From: a virus
Lineage: Duplodnaviria; Caudoviricetes
IMG/VR virus record: IMGVR_UViG_3300042510_000426
Coordinates: 1-36,559 of that record
Reading direction: 5' to 3' (one strand)
DNA length: 36,559 nucleotides
Shown here: piece by piece, positions 17,710 to 27,251 of the stretch
Layout of the letters: every line of letters starts with the position of its first letter
Position numbering within the stretch: position 1 is the first letter of the stretch
Position numbers and translations under genes: made by a program
The notes under the pieces: model-generated
Database searches by the model: none
Told to the model about the DNA's origin: nothing
What the model saw: only the letters and a program-made list of their open reading frames with translations

Positions 17710-18164
17710 TGGATGCCCCCATTTTGGAACGTTTTATGAGCAAGGTGCTTCCAGAGCCTAACAGCGGCTGCTGGCTGTGGGCTACCGGCCTCGACAGTAA
17801 AGGGTACGGAAGGTTTGGCAGCGGGAGCAAGAAGACGATGAGGTTATCTCATCGCATGGCTTATGAGCACTTTGTTGGCCCCATCCCCGATGGGCTGTTC
17901 GTCTGTCACAAGTGCGATGTGCGCAGCTGCGTAAATCCTGACCATATGTTTCTTGGAAATCACCAAGACAACATGACAGACAGGAACAGAAAAGCTCGTC
18001 AAGCGCGAGGCACGAAGCAGCACATTGCAAAAATAAATGAAGACATTGTGCGCTACATTCGTTCATCGCCAAAGAACGGCACAGAGTTAGCTGACGAAGT
18101 AGGAATAAATCAATCCAGTGTGTCGGCTGTCCGCACACGTCGAACATGGAAGCATGTAGAATGA
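17709..18164 (+). CDS. HNH homing endonuclease
   Basis: GCWLW, GYG, HR.AYE, VCHKCD...CVNPDH..LG..QDN; lower GC than neighbours. Confidence 0.92.
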   Translation: MDAPILERFMSKVLPEPNSGCWLWATGLDSKGYGRFGSGSKKTMRLSHRMAYEHFVGPIPDGLFVCHKCDVRSCVNPDHMFLGNHQDNMTDRNRKARQARGTKQHIAKINEDIVRYIRSSPKNGTELADEVGINQSSVSAVRTRRTWKHVE

Positions 18165-18829
18165 GGCTTGCAATCTGTCTTCCGTGCCGTGATCAGGTAT
18201 GCACAGGATTTGCGTATGACCTTGCGCGGCTGACCGCATATTTTGGCGCGACTAGAGTTCCTAAGGGCGACAAGCTTCACCTCTTTACCTCTGCCGGCAC
18301 GCTCATTGCCGACCAGCGTATCAATCTGGCGCGCGAAGCCTTGAATGTAGGCGCAGATCATGTCCTTTACATCGACAGCGACATGCGCTTTCCGAAAGAC
18401 GGAATTGATCGTCTTCTTGCACACGACAAGCCGATAGTTGCTGCTAACTACTCAACCCGTCGAATGCCGCCGAAGCCGGTTGCGTTTGCCGACAATCTTT
18501 GCCGCAAGACAGTTTACACGACAGAGGCGAGCACAGGGCTTGAGAAGGTCTATGCTGTAGGTATGGGCTTCATGCTTGTGGACACGAAAGTGTTCAAGGC
18601 AATGCCACAGCCATGGTTCAAAATCGGTTACTCTACTAAAGATGAAGATTTCTACGGTGAAGATATTTTCTTCGCCCATGAAGCCGCGAAACATGGTTTT
18701 GACACGTACATAGACCACGACCTTTCCAAAGAGGTCAACCACATCGGAACATTCGAATTCACATATCATCACGCCGAAGCTTGCATGAATGACGTGCTTG
18801 CTGCGGATGAACAGAAAAATGCAGCATAG
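18161..18829 (+). CDS. GT-A fold glycosyltransferase-like protein
   Basis: LYIDSDM (DxD), GMGFMLV, PWF, GEDIFF, HIG motifs. Confidence 0.75.
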   Translation: MRLAICLPCRDQVCTGFAYDLARLTAYFGATRVPKGDKLHLFTSAGTLIADQRINLAREALNVGADHVLYIDSDMRFPKDGIDRLLAHDKPIVAANYSTRRMPPKPVAFADNLCRKTVYTTEASTGLEKVYAVGMGFMLVDTKVFKAMPQPWFKIGYSTKDEDFYGEDIFFAHEAAKHGFDTYIDHDLSKEVNHIGTFEFTYHHAEACMNDVLAADEQKNAA

Positions 18830-18838
18830 GAGCGCAGC

Positions 18839-19072
18839 ATGAGCGACAACTTTCAGGTTCCGAGCCGCGCCGCGGCGGTGACGCCTTCCGACACCACGCA
18901 GATATATGCCTCCGCCCTGTTCGTCGGCGGCGCCGGCAACGTGGCTGTCGTCACCGAGGGCGGCGATACGGTTACGTTCTCCGGCGTGCAGGCGGGTTCG
19001 ATGCTGGTGCTGCGCATCAAGCAGGTGCGATCGACGAACACGACTGCGACCAACATCGTCCGTCTCTGGTAG
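18839..19072 (+). CDS. Head-spike base protein (RcGTA Rcc01079-like)
   Basis: AAAVTPSD...ALFVGGAGNVAV....VTF..V.AG..L.LRI.QV..T.TTAT.IV pattern. Confidence 0.75.
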   Translation: MSDNFQVPSRAAAVTPSDTTQIYASALFVGGAGNVAVVTEGGDTVTFSGVQAGSMLVLRIKQVRSTNTTATNIVRLW

Positions 19073-19078
19073 ACCGCG

Positions 19079-19309
19079 ATGCCCGCGCTTGCACATTCCG
19101 TTTCGCTCAAATCGATCGATGTCATCTTCGGCGGGCATTTCGGCATCGGATCCGTGACGCTGCTGGGCAGCGAGTACGAAGGCTTTGCAATTGATTTCCT
19201 AGACAACACCGTGTCGGTGCGAACCCTTGTTGCTGACGACTTGATTGGCAACGAGGCTCAGGGCTTTGCCCTGGAGTTTGTGTCGAACACCTCTTCTGTG
19301 AGGATTTGA
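19079..19309 (+). CDS. Small protein with internal duplication (GFA.xF..NT.SVR x2)
   Basis: In frame with both neighbours; repeated 17-aa motif. Confidence 0.6.
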   Translation: MPALAHSVSLKSIDVIFGGHFGIGSVTLLGSEYEGFAIDFLDNTVSVRTLVADDLIGNEAQGFALEFVSNTSSVRI

Positions 19310-19312
19310 AAT

Positions 19313-21631
19313 ATGCCGACTACGACAGGCAAGGCCAGCGAGTTCATCACGTTCTCGCGCACGTCGAATGCGACGGTGACGGACAGCGACGGCAAGATCA
19401 AGTGGGCACCCCATAACCTCCTGCTGGCGAGTGAGCAGTTTGATAGCGCGAGTTGGACGAAATCCGCCAGCGCCAGCACGATCCCCGCCGTCACTGCAAA
19501 CGCTGGCGTTGCGCCCAATGGAACGACAACCGCCGACCGCGTTGACTATGGCGTGATTGATGCAGCAGGCGATGTTTCCGCAGTCTACCAAACATTCACT
19601 GCTGTTGACGCAACGTATACGGCTAGTGTCTACGTTAAAGCTTTCGCCGCTGGTGATGTCGGCAAGAAGGTTTGGATATACGGCTACGACACTGCCTTTC
19701 GTGGCACTACTTCGGTAACGCTTACGACGAACTGGCAGCTTCTGACAACGAGTGTCAATCTTGCGGCGGGCAACAGGGATTTTTATGTCGCAACGCTGGG
19801 TTCGACCTACGGCGGCGAAAACCAAGGTGCAGTTTCCGTGCTGCTCTGGGGCGCTTCCCTCTACCGCAGCGACCTCGGCGGCATGAAGGCGAACGCCTCC
19901 GCGTACCCGATGTACAACCCGACTACGGTTAAGAACTTGGTTGGGTTTACCCAATCGTTTGATAACGCGGCTTGGACGAAAGGTGGTCTTGTCACGACTG
20001 GCATGGCCAATGTCACAGCAACCACCGATCCGTTGGGTGGTAACACCGCCGACAAACTTCAGGAAACCGCAACAACCGCAGAGCATTATGCTTTTCAAAG
20101 CGTTTCCGTAGGCGCGGCTCCGCATACGTTTAGCGTATATCTAAAAGCTGCTGAACGTACATGGGCGACTATCTATTTGTCCCCCTCAGCAGCCACACCA
20201 ACATGGTTCAATCTTGCCCCTGATGGTAGCGGTGTGCCGGGTACGGTTGCTGCTGGTTTTACAGCGGCATCAACATATGTCGGAAATGGTTGGTATCGTT
20301 GTTCTATTACGGGAACAACAACGGCGGCAACTTGGGTCACAGTTGTAAATCCCTCGCTTGGAAATAACATTTCTGTAACCTACGCAGGAACGCTGAACTC
20401 TGGCATCTACCTCTGGGGCGCACAGCTCTCCGACAGCGCGTCCCTCGACACCTACGTGCCGAACTACGGAGCCGCACCGACTGCCGCTGCGTATTACGGG
20501 CCGCGACTGGACTACGATCCGGTGACGCTGGCGGCGAAAGGGCTGCTGGTGGAGGAGCAGAGGACTAATCGGATGCTTTACACGGATGAGTTTTCATTTG
20601 TTGGTGCTGCGGATCAGATTTGGTCGGTTCAGGAAGCAACCGTCACTGCTGATGCCGCAACATCGCCAGACGGAACTTCAAATGCTGACTTTGTTAAAGA
20701 AACGACAAACACAGGCGCTCATGGAATATACGGAAGCGTAACAACTCTAAGCAGTGTGTCTGGCGCTCACACAGTATCAGTGTTTGCCAAAGCAAATGGA
20801 CGCACAAAGTTTAGGCTAACATTGTGGTCAGGCTCTTTGCCGTATGGCGGAGGCTCGGCAGGTGGCGCGGAATATGATCTTACTGCAAAGACAGCAGCCG
20901 CATACACAAACGGCTTTTGGACTGGTTCGTCACCAGTTATAACTGAACTTTCAAACGGGTGGTTCAGGTGTTCTGCCACTGTAGCGTTGCCCGGATCAGG
21001 ATTTGTTTATTACGCCGTCACCTTCAATGATGGCGCGTCTTATTCCTATGCAGGCGATGTAACGAAGGGCCTGTATCTTTGGGGCGCTCAAGTTGAAGCC
21101 GGATCATTTGTCACGTCTTATATTCCAAATAAGGCGGTCTCGGCTGGTGTAACCCGCGCTGCTGATGTTGCTAGCGTCAGCACGCAAGCGTTCCCGTATA
21201 GTGCGACTGAGGGAACTTTGGTTGCGAACGCCACCATTGGCAATACATCAACTCAAGGGCCTGTAGCCGTAACGCTTAATGATGGGACAGGAAGCAACAT
21301 AATTTACACGTTACAAATTGTTGGTACTGGGATAAGGCGGTCTGGCATCATTTATACAGGCGCTGTCGAACAAGCACTTCTGTCCGAAGCCCTCACGAAT
21401 ACAGTCGGGCTTACAACCAAGGCAGCGTTTGCATTTAAGGTTAACGATGTTGCTGGCTCAATTAATGGCGGAACGGTTTTAACTGACACATCTGCACTAA
21501 TCCCTACGGTTAACACAATGAGGATTGGCGATAATGCGAACGGGAGTCAAACATTCAACGGCCACATCCGCCAGATCACCTACCTTCCGCGCCGCATCAG
21601 CAACACCGAACTCCAGACGAGGACCGCATAA
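19313..21631 (+). CDS. Head-spike/fibre protein with three repeated beta-rich modules
   Basis: TFSRTSNAT, PRLDYDP...GLLVEEQRTN, TSYIP...TRAAD, three LWGA(S/Q)(L/V)-ending modules, C-terminal NGHIRQITYLP. Confidence 0.8.
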   Translation: MPTTTGKASEFITFSRTSNATVTDSDGKIKWAPHNLLLASEQFDSASWTKSASASTIPAVTANAGVAPNGTTTADRVDYGVIDAAGDVSAVYQTFTAVDATYTASVYVKAFAAGDVGKKVWIYGYDTAFRGTTSVTLTTNWQLLTTSVNLAAGNRDFYVATLGSTYGGENQGAVSVLLWGASLYRSDLGGMKANASAYPMYNPTTVKNLVGFTQSFDNAAWTKGGLVTTGMANVTATTDPLGGNTADKLQETATTAEHYAFQSVSVGAAPHTFSVYLKAAERTWATIYLSPSAATPTWFNLAPDGSGVPGTVAAGFTAASTYVGNGWYRCSITGTTTAATWVTVVNPSLGNNISVTYAGTLNSGIYLWGAQLSDSASLDTYVPNYGAAPTAAAYYGPRLDYDPVTLAAKGLLVEEQRTNRMLYTDEFSFVGAADQIWSVQEATVTADAATSPDGTSNADFVKETTNTGAHGIYGSVTTLSSVSGAHTVSVFAKANGRTKFRLTLWSGSLPYGGGSAGGAEYDLTAKTAAAYTNGFWTGSSPVITELSNGWFRCSATVALPGSGFVYYAVTFNDGASYSYAGDVTKGLYLWGAQVEAGSFVTSYIPNKAVSAGVTRAADVASVSTQAFPYSATEGTLVANATIGNTSTQGPVAVTLNDGTGSNIIYTLQIVGTGIRRSGIIYTGAVEQALLSEALTNTVGLTTKAAFAFKVNDVAGSINGGTVLTDTSALIPTVNTMRIGDNANGSQTFNGHIRQITYLPRRISNTELQTRTA

Positions 21632-22128
21632 TGAGCATTGAAATCTTCGCATGGTGTTCGACTCGCGAACTCTTCGTCACGGGCATGACCACGACCGCCT
21701 TCCCTGACGGCTCAATGCTGGCAACGCTCGACGAGGACGGTCGGTTGATCCCGCATCAGGGCGTCATCATCGACGAGATCGGCCCGATCACCAAGACGCC
21801 TGCGGTGCTGGACGAGGATGGCAACGTGGTCACGCCTGCCGTTGTCATCGCGGGGCATCACGTCAACCTCCTCGCCATCGACCCCATCGTGGCGCTGCTG
21901 ATGCAGGGACCGCCGGATGCAGAGGGCAACCCGACCGTGCTCCCGCAGTATGACGAGGACGGCAAGCTGCTGGGCGTGTTCCAGCGCACGAACATCCTGT
22001 CGCTGATCCCCGGCATGGTGTGGACGCCGATCCCCGGTCCGGGTGTTCCGGGTGGCTACGAGGGGCCGAACGGCGTCTGCCTGTTCGATCCGGCAGTGGT
22101 GCATGACCGCGCCAGGGTGTGGCTGTGA
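21631..22128 (+). CDS. Hypothetical fibre-associated protein
   Basis: TAATG coupling to fibre; IGPI..TPAV.DEDGNVVTPAV..GHHVN. Confidence 0.75.
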   Translation: MSIEIFAWCSTRELFVTGMTTTAFPDGSMLATLDEDGRLIPHQGVIIDEIGPITKTPAVLDEDGNVVTPAVVIAGHHVNLLAIDPIVALLMQGPPDAEGNPTVLPQYDEDGKLLGVFQRTNILSLIPGMVWTPIPGPGVPGGYEGPNGVCLFDPAVVHDRARVWL

Positions 22129-22153
22129 AGATCACCAAGCAGGAGCACGTCTA

Positions 22154-22771
22154 ATGGCGCTCGACACCTACGCAAACCTGCAGACATCGATCGCCTCCTG
22201 GCTCAACCGGGAAGACCTGGCGGCGCAGATCCCCGACTTCATCACGCTGGCGGAGGCGCGCTTCAACCGCGACCTCCGCACGCCCGACATGACCAAGCGG
22301 GCGACCTCGACGATCACCTCGTCCTACGTGGATCTGCCGACGGACTGGCTGCAGACGATCGCCTGCCGCGTCACGTCCTCGACCGGCTACAAGGCGCTGG
22401 AGTATCTCTCCGCCGAGCTCTTCTATGACCTGGAGGGGCAGGCCCCGACCGGCCCGGCGCGCTACTACACGCTGGTCAACAACCGCATCCACCTGATCCC
22501 CGACGCCACCGGCGCCGACCTGGAGATCACCTACATCGGCAAGCTGACGCCGCTCTCCGGCTCAAACACGTCGAACTGGCTGCTGGCGCGCTCGCCCGAC
22601 TTGTACCTGTACGCATCCCTGGTGGCTGCCGAGGCCTACCTGGTGAACGACGAGCGCGTCGGGCTATGGAAGACGGCCGCCGACCAGATCATCGCCGACA
22701 TCAAGCTGGAGGGTGAGCGGGCTGCCCGACCGAGCGGAACCCTCCTGCAGCGTCGGCGGAGCTTCGGCTGA
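22154..22771 (+). CDS. Head-tail adaptor / tail tubular protein A-like
   Basis: TYANLQTSIASWLNREDL, IPDFITLAEARFNRDLR, SNWLL..PDLYLY; AGGAG RBS. Confidence 0.82.
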   Translation: MALDTYANLQTSIASWLNREDLAAQIPDFITLAEARFNRDLRTPDMTKRATSTITSSYVDLPTDWLQTIACRVTSSTGYKALEYLSAELFYDLEGQAPTGPARYYTLVNNRIHLIPDATGADLEITYIGKLTPLSGSNTSNWLLARSPDLYLYASLVAAEAYLVNDERVGLWKTAADQIIADIKLEGERAARPSGTLLQRRRSFG

Positions 22772-22950
22772 TGGATTGGGTTTCCGTTCCAGTTGACAAC
22801 GCAAGCTGGACGGAAATCTCTCCGTCCACTGAAAGCTGGGCTTCAATTCCGTCCGGTTCTGATGTATGGTCGGTTCCGACAGCCGATGCTCCCGCGTGGA
22901 GCCCGGCCGGGGCAACCGCATCAACCTGGACCCCAATCGTTCCAACATGA
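22771..22950 (+). CDS. 59-aa Trp-periodic repeat protein (not in ORF track)
   Basis: TGATG coupling; Trp at residues 3, 13, 23, 33, 43 and 53. Confidence 0.7.
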   Translation: MDWVSVPVDNASWTEISPSTESWASIPSGSDVWSVPTADAPAWSPAGATASTWTPIVPT

Positions 22951-22965
22951 TGATGCGGTGACCTG

Positions 22966-23766
22966 ATGGCTGACACGAACACCACAAACTTGAACCTGGT
23001 TAAGCCCGAGGTCGGCGCCTCGTCTGACACCTGGGGCACCAAGATCAACACCGACCTCGACACGATCGACGGCCTGTTCGACGTTGGCCCCTACCTCAAG
23101 GTTACGAAGGGCGGGACGGGCGCTGGCAGCTTCACGGCCTATGGCGTCCTGCTGGCCGGTACGACCGGCACCGGCGCCTTCCAGAACGTCTCGGGGCTCG
23201 GCGCGGCGGGCCAAGTGCTGACATCAAATGGTGCAGCAGCGGCTCCCAGCTGGCAGGCGATCATCCCAACTGGCACCAAGATGCTGTTCCAGCAGACAGC
23301 CGCGCCGACCGGCTGGACGAAGGACACTACGCACGACAACAAGGCGCTCCGCGTCGTCACCGGCTCAGCGGGCTCTGGCGGTACGGTCGCCTTCAGCACT
23401 GCCTTCGCCAGTCGCACGGTCTCCGGCAATGTTGACAACTTTACTGCTGCGGGTACGATCGGTGGGCACGCGCTCACTGTCGGCCAGCTTCCGAGCCATC
23501 AGCACTTTATATCGAATGAGACAAATAGTGCTTCGACAGCCCTGTCTGCCAGCAATTATGTCAACGAGTCGGCGCAGCCCAGCAGTAGCAACGGCTACAT
23601 ACTCAAGGGTGGCGCAACGGCGGCAACAATCGGCTTGTCGAGTTCAGTTGGCTCCGGCGAAACACATACGCACTCCTTTACTGGAACCGCCCACAACCAC
23701 TCCTTCTCGACCACGCTCGACATGGCTGTCCAGTACGTCGATCTCATCATCGCGACGAAGAACTAG
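22966..23766 (+). CDS. Short tail fibre with collar-like domain
   Basis: [49 protein letters not shown] His motifs. Confidence 0.8.
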   Translation: MADTNTTNLNLVKPEVGASSDTWGTKINTDLDTIDGLFDVGPYLKVTKGGTGAGSFTAYGVLLAGTTGTGAFQNVSGLGAAGQVLTSNGAAAAPSWQAIIPTGTKMLFQQTAAPTGWTKDTTHDNKALRVVTGSAGSGGTVAFSTAFASRTVSGNVDNFTAAGTIGGHALTVGQLPSHQHFISNETNSASTALSASNYVNESAQPSSSNGYILKGGATAATIGLSSSVGSGETHTHSFTGTAHNHSFSTTLDMAVQYVDLIIATKN

Positions 23767-23768
23767 CC

Positions 23769-24065
23769 ATGCAGATAAAGCCCGCAAACTTCTGCCCGCT
23801 CATCAAGGAAGACTGCAAAGGGCTCGGCTGCTCTTGGTTTACTCAGCTCCGGGGCAGCAACCCCAACACGGGTAAAGAAGTCGATGAGTGGGGCTGCGCT
23901 GTGGCGTGGATGCCGATGCTTATGATTGAGAACTCGCAGCAGCAGCGTCAGACAGGCGCGGCAGTCGAGAGCTTCAGGAATGAAATGGTAAAGGCCAACG
24001 ATACCAGCCGGCAGGTTCTGCTTGCGACGATTGGCGCCCATCCCGACATCAAGATGATTGGGTGA
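23769..24065 (+). CDS. Cys-containing fibre-associated hypothetical protein
   Basis: CPL...C...C.W...GCAVAW; follows fibre gene. Confidence 0.75.
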   Translation: MQIKPANFCPLIKEDCKGLGCSWFTQLRGSNPNTGKEVDEWGCAVAWMPMLMIENSQQQRQTGAAVESFRNEMVKANDTSRQVLLATIGAHPDIKMIG

Positions 24066-24069
24066 CCGC

Positions 24070-25791
24070 ATGACCTACATGCCCATCCAACTCCCGCCCG
24101 GGATAGTCAGAGGTGCAAACCCTGACGACGCGCCGGGCCGCTGGTACGACGGCAGCCTCATCCGCTGGCGCGACGGCGTGATGGAGCCGGTCGGCGGCTG
24201 GTCGAAGGTGACCACGACGGCGCTGGGCTCGACTGCCCGCCTGATCCACCAGTGGAAGGCAAACAACTCCCTCACCATGACGCTGATCGGCTGTGATGCG
24301 CATCTCTACGCCGACAACAGCGGCACCTATGTTGACGTGGCGCCGGCCGACCTCGTCGCTCTTAACTCTTCGACGGGCGGCGGCTACGGCGCCTCGACCT
24401 ACGGCTCCAGCACCTACGGCACGGCTCGCACCGGCACCTCCAGCCTGACGCCGCGCCGCGAAGCGTGGACATTTGCCAACTGGGGCGAGGACGTTCTCGG
24501 CGTGGCGAGCTCCGACGGGCGTCTCCTGTATTTCGACGCATCGAGCCCCTCGACCGACGTTACGGTCGTCGGCGTCTACGTTATCTCGACGATCAGCCGC
24601 ACGTCGAACGTGACGACGATCGTCACTACGACGCCGCACAATCTTACCACGGCAGACCTGGTGAAGATCGCCGGCGTCACCGACGCGACCTTCAACATTT
24701 CGTCGGTAAGCGTCACGGTCACGAACTCGACGACCTTCACCTACGCCAACACTGGCACGAACGGCTCATCCTCCGGCGGCAGCGTGCAGGATCTCGCCGT
24801 GCCCACCGGCAACCGTGCCGTCGTCGTCACGCCGGAGCGTCACGCGGTGCTGATCGGTGCGGGCAACCAGCCGCGCCGTGTCGCCTGGTCAAGCCGCGAA
24901 GACTACACCGACTGGAATTTCACCTCGACGACCAATACGGCCGGCTTCCTCGACCTCCAGGTGGAGACGAACCTCGTCACCGGGACGGGCGTCCGCGAGG
25001 GCACGCTGGTGTGGTCGATGAACCGCGTCGTGCTGATGCGCTACGTCGGCCTGCCGTTCATCTACGGCTTCGACGAGCTTGGCACGACCAGCATCTACTC
25101 GCCCAACGCCTTTGCTGAGTTCGATGGGCGCTGCGTGTGGCTTGATAGCTCTGGCTTCATGATCTACGAGGGCGGCTCAATGAAGCCGCTGGCTTGCCCG
25201 CTGACCGACTACATCTTCTCCGACATCGACCCGCTCTACGGCCCTCGCGTCTCGCACGCCTCCATCAACGGCAAGTTCGACGAGGTTTGGTTCTACTACC
25301 CCAGCAACGGCTCAACCGAGTGCGACCGCTACGTGGTCTGGAATTGGGCCGAGAATTGGTGGAGCATGGGCACGCTGGCGCGGACGGCGGCGATTGGCGC
25401 TGGTGTCGGCGCGTACCCGCTGATGACTGGCACGGACAATCACCTCTACCAGCACGAAGACGGCTGGACCTACGACACGTTCGTCTGCGCCAACAACGTC
25501 TTCATCGCATCCGGCACGATCAACCTGCCGGGCGTCGAGCAGTCGATGAACATCACGCAGCTGGTGCCGTCGAACGGCGGCAACTACGACCTGACCAAGT
25601 ACACGCTGTTCACGCGGATGACGCCGAACGGGGCGGAGCGTCAGTTTGGGCCATACTACTCGCGCAGCGACGGCTACGTGGACACGCGCGCCACGGGGCG
25701 TGACGTGCGGATCAGGATCTGCGCCAACGATGCCGGCGACTGGTCGATCGGCAGATTGCGCATGAAGATTTCGGCGGGGGGCAGGCGATGA
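24070..25791 (+). CDS. Tail nozzle / DNA-stabilisation protein (P22 gp10-like)
   Basis: Size, position, beta-propeller-like repeats, NWGED, VAWS..ED..DW, EVWFYYPS. Confidence 0.75.
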   Translation: MTYMPIQLPPGIVRGANPDDAPGRWYDGSLIRWRDGVMEPVGGWSKVTTTALGSTARLIHQWKANNSLTMTLIGCDAHLYADNSGTYVDVAPADLVALNSSTGGGYGASTYGSSTYGTARTGTSSLTPRREAWTFANWGEDVLGVASSDGRLLYFDASSPSTDVTVVGVYVISTISRTSNVTTIVTTTPHNLTTADLVKIAGVTDATFNISSVSVTVTNSTTFTYANTGTNGSSSGGSVQDLAVPTGNRAVVVTPERHAVLIGAGNQPRRVAWSSREDYTDWNFTSTTNTAGFLDLQVETNLVTGTGVREGTLVWSMNRVVLMRYVGLPFIYGFDELGTTSIYSPNAFAEFDGRCVWLDSSGFMIYEGGSMKPLACPLTDYIFSDIDPLYGPRVSHASINGKFDEVWFYYPSNGSTECDRYVVWNWAENWWSMGTLARTAAIGAGVGAYPLMTGTDNHLYQHEDGWTYDTFVCANNVFIASGTINLPGVEQSMNITQLVPSNGGNYDLTKYTLFTRMTPNGAERQFGPYYSRSDGYVDTRATGRDVRIRICANDAGDWSIGRLRMKISAGGRR

Positions 25792-25994
25792 ACGTCATCC
25801 TCCCGAACCCTAACTCCCCGATCGGGGTGATATTGGACACGATCAGACGGGCACTCATCCCGGCCATCTCGCAAGACGAGGCGGCCGCGCGATTGCTTCT
25901 GAGGTCACCCAATGGAACGGTTTTTAGCGTCACGGTCAGTGACGCTGGCATCATTTCCACTGCGGTGATCGATGGCAAATCTAGACCATACTGA
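25788..25994 (+). CDS. Small tail protein
   Basis: ATGA overlap; LLLRSPNGTVFSVTVSDAG motif. Confidence 0.65.
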   Translation: MNVILPNPNSPIGVILDTIRRALIPAISQDEAAARLLLRSPNGTVFSVTVSDAGIISTAVIDGKSRPY

Positions 25995-26346
25995 GCTCCA
26001 GCGCCGCCTGATGCGCGCACTCGACGTGGCCGGGAAAACCCACGGCCCCGACGATGTCGCGCGTGCCGTCGAGGAGGGCCGCATGCAAGCGTGGACGGCG
26101 GGCGACAGCCTTGTCGTTACTGAAGTGCTGTCGTTCCCGCAGGCGCGGGCTCTCAACGTGTTTTTGGCGGTTGGCAACCTCGACGAGGTGCTGTCGCTGC
26201 TGCCTGACCTCGAGGCCTTCGGGCGCGAGCACGGCTGCGAGAAGATGAGAATGGAAGGCCGGAAGGGCTGGGCGCGTGTGCTGCCCTCCCACGGCTGGAA
26301 GGAGAACAAGCTAGTGATCTATGAAAGGGAGCTCACCCATGGGTAA
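25972..26346 (+). CDS. GNAT-fold-like virion assembly protein
   Basis: Position before ejection genes; GC....GRKGWARVL pattern. Confidence 0.6.
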   Translation: MANLDHTELQRRLMRALDVAGKTHGPDDVARAVEEGRMQAWTAGDSLVVTEVLSFPQARALNVFLAVGNLDEVLSLLPDLEAFGREHGCEKMRMEGRKGWARVLPSHGWKENKLVIYERELTHG

Positions 26347-27250
26347 GAGCCAAGGCGATCAGACTGTCACCAACAAGACCGAGTTGCCGTCCTGGTACAC
26401 CGGGCCGGCCAAGGCCATGATGGATCAGGCGCAAGCTGCGGCCGCGAACATTGCGAAGCCATACCAGGGCAACACGGTGGCGGGCCTCGACCCGATCACC
26501 CAGCAGGCGATCAGCTACACCGGCGCCAACATGGGCTCGACCAATCCAGCCTACGCGCAGGCCGGGCAGACGGCAGCGAACGTCGCTGGCTACACGCCGG
26601 GCTCGTTCCTGACCGGCAACATCGGCGCCTACATGAACCCCTACATCCAGAACGTCGAGCAGGCCGCGCTCGGTAACATGGACAACGCCTACAGGCAGAA
26701 CCTGAACACCATCGGCGACCGCGCCATTAATGCAAATGCGTTTGGCGGATCTCGCCAGGGCGTGGCGGAGGGTGTCGCGGCTTCCGAGAACGCCCGGCAG
26801 ATGGGCGACCTGTCGGCGCAGCTGCGGGCTCAGGGCTACGGCCAGGCTGGCACCATGATGCAGTCCGACATGGACCGCTCCATGCGGGGCCAGGAGTTGA
26901 ACCTGAACGCGGCGACGACGCAGGGCAACCTCGCCACGGGCGGGCAGGCGGCCTACCTGCAGGGCCTGCAGTCGGCGGTGGCCGCCGGGCAGATCAATCA
27001 GGAGCAGGCCCAGCAGCTGCTGAACCAGAACGTGAGCCGCTACGACGCCATGTCGAACATCCCGGCGAACCAGCTGAACCTCATGCTGGCGGCACTGGGC
27101 GGCACGCAGGTGCCGACGACGAGCACGCAGAAGACGCCGACCTCCGGCAACTGGCTGACGGGTGCCGCGGGTGGCGCACTGGCCGGCGCCTCGATGGGAC
27201 CGTGGGGCATGCTGGGCGGCGGCATCCTCGGCGGCATCGCGGGAGCATAA
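26339..27250 (+). CDS. DNA ejection / internal virion protein
   Basis: MGKS start, YMNPY, AFGGSR, Gly-rich hydrophobic C-terminus; GGGAG RBS. Confidence 0.75.
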   Translation: MGKSQGDQTVTNKTELPSWYTGPAKAMMDQAQAAAANIAKPYQGNTVAGLDPITQQAISYTGANMGSTNPAYAQAGQTAANVAGYTPGSFLTGNIGAYMNPYIQNVEQAALGNMDNAYRQNLNTIGDRAINANAFGGSRQGVAEGVAASENARQMGDLSAQLRAQGYGQAGTMMQSDMDRSMRGQELNLNAATTQGNLATGGQAAYLQGLQSAVAAGQINQEQAQQLLNQNVSRYDAMSNIPANQLNLMLAALGGTQVPTTSTQKTPTSGNWLTGAAGGALAGASMGPWGMLGGGILGGIAGA

Positions 27251-27251
27251 G

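Noticed and set aside
19313-23766. Diversity-generating retroelement or invertible fibre cassette
   Set aside because: No reverse transcriptase, no TR/VR pair and no inverted crossover sites noticed around the fibre genes
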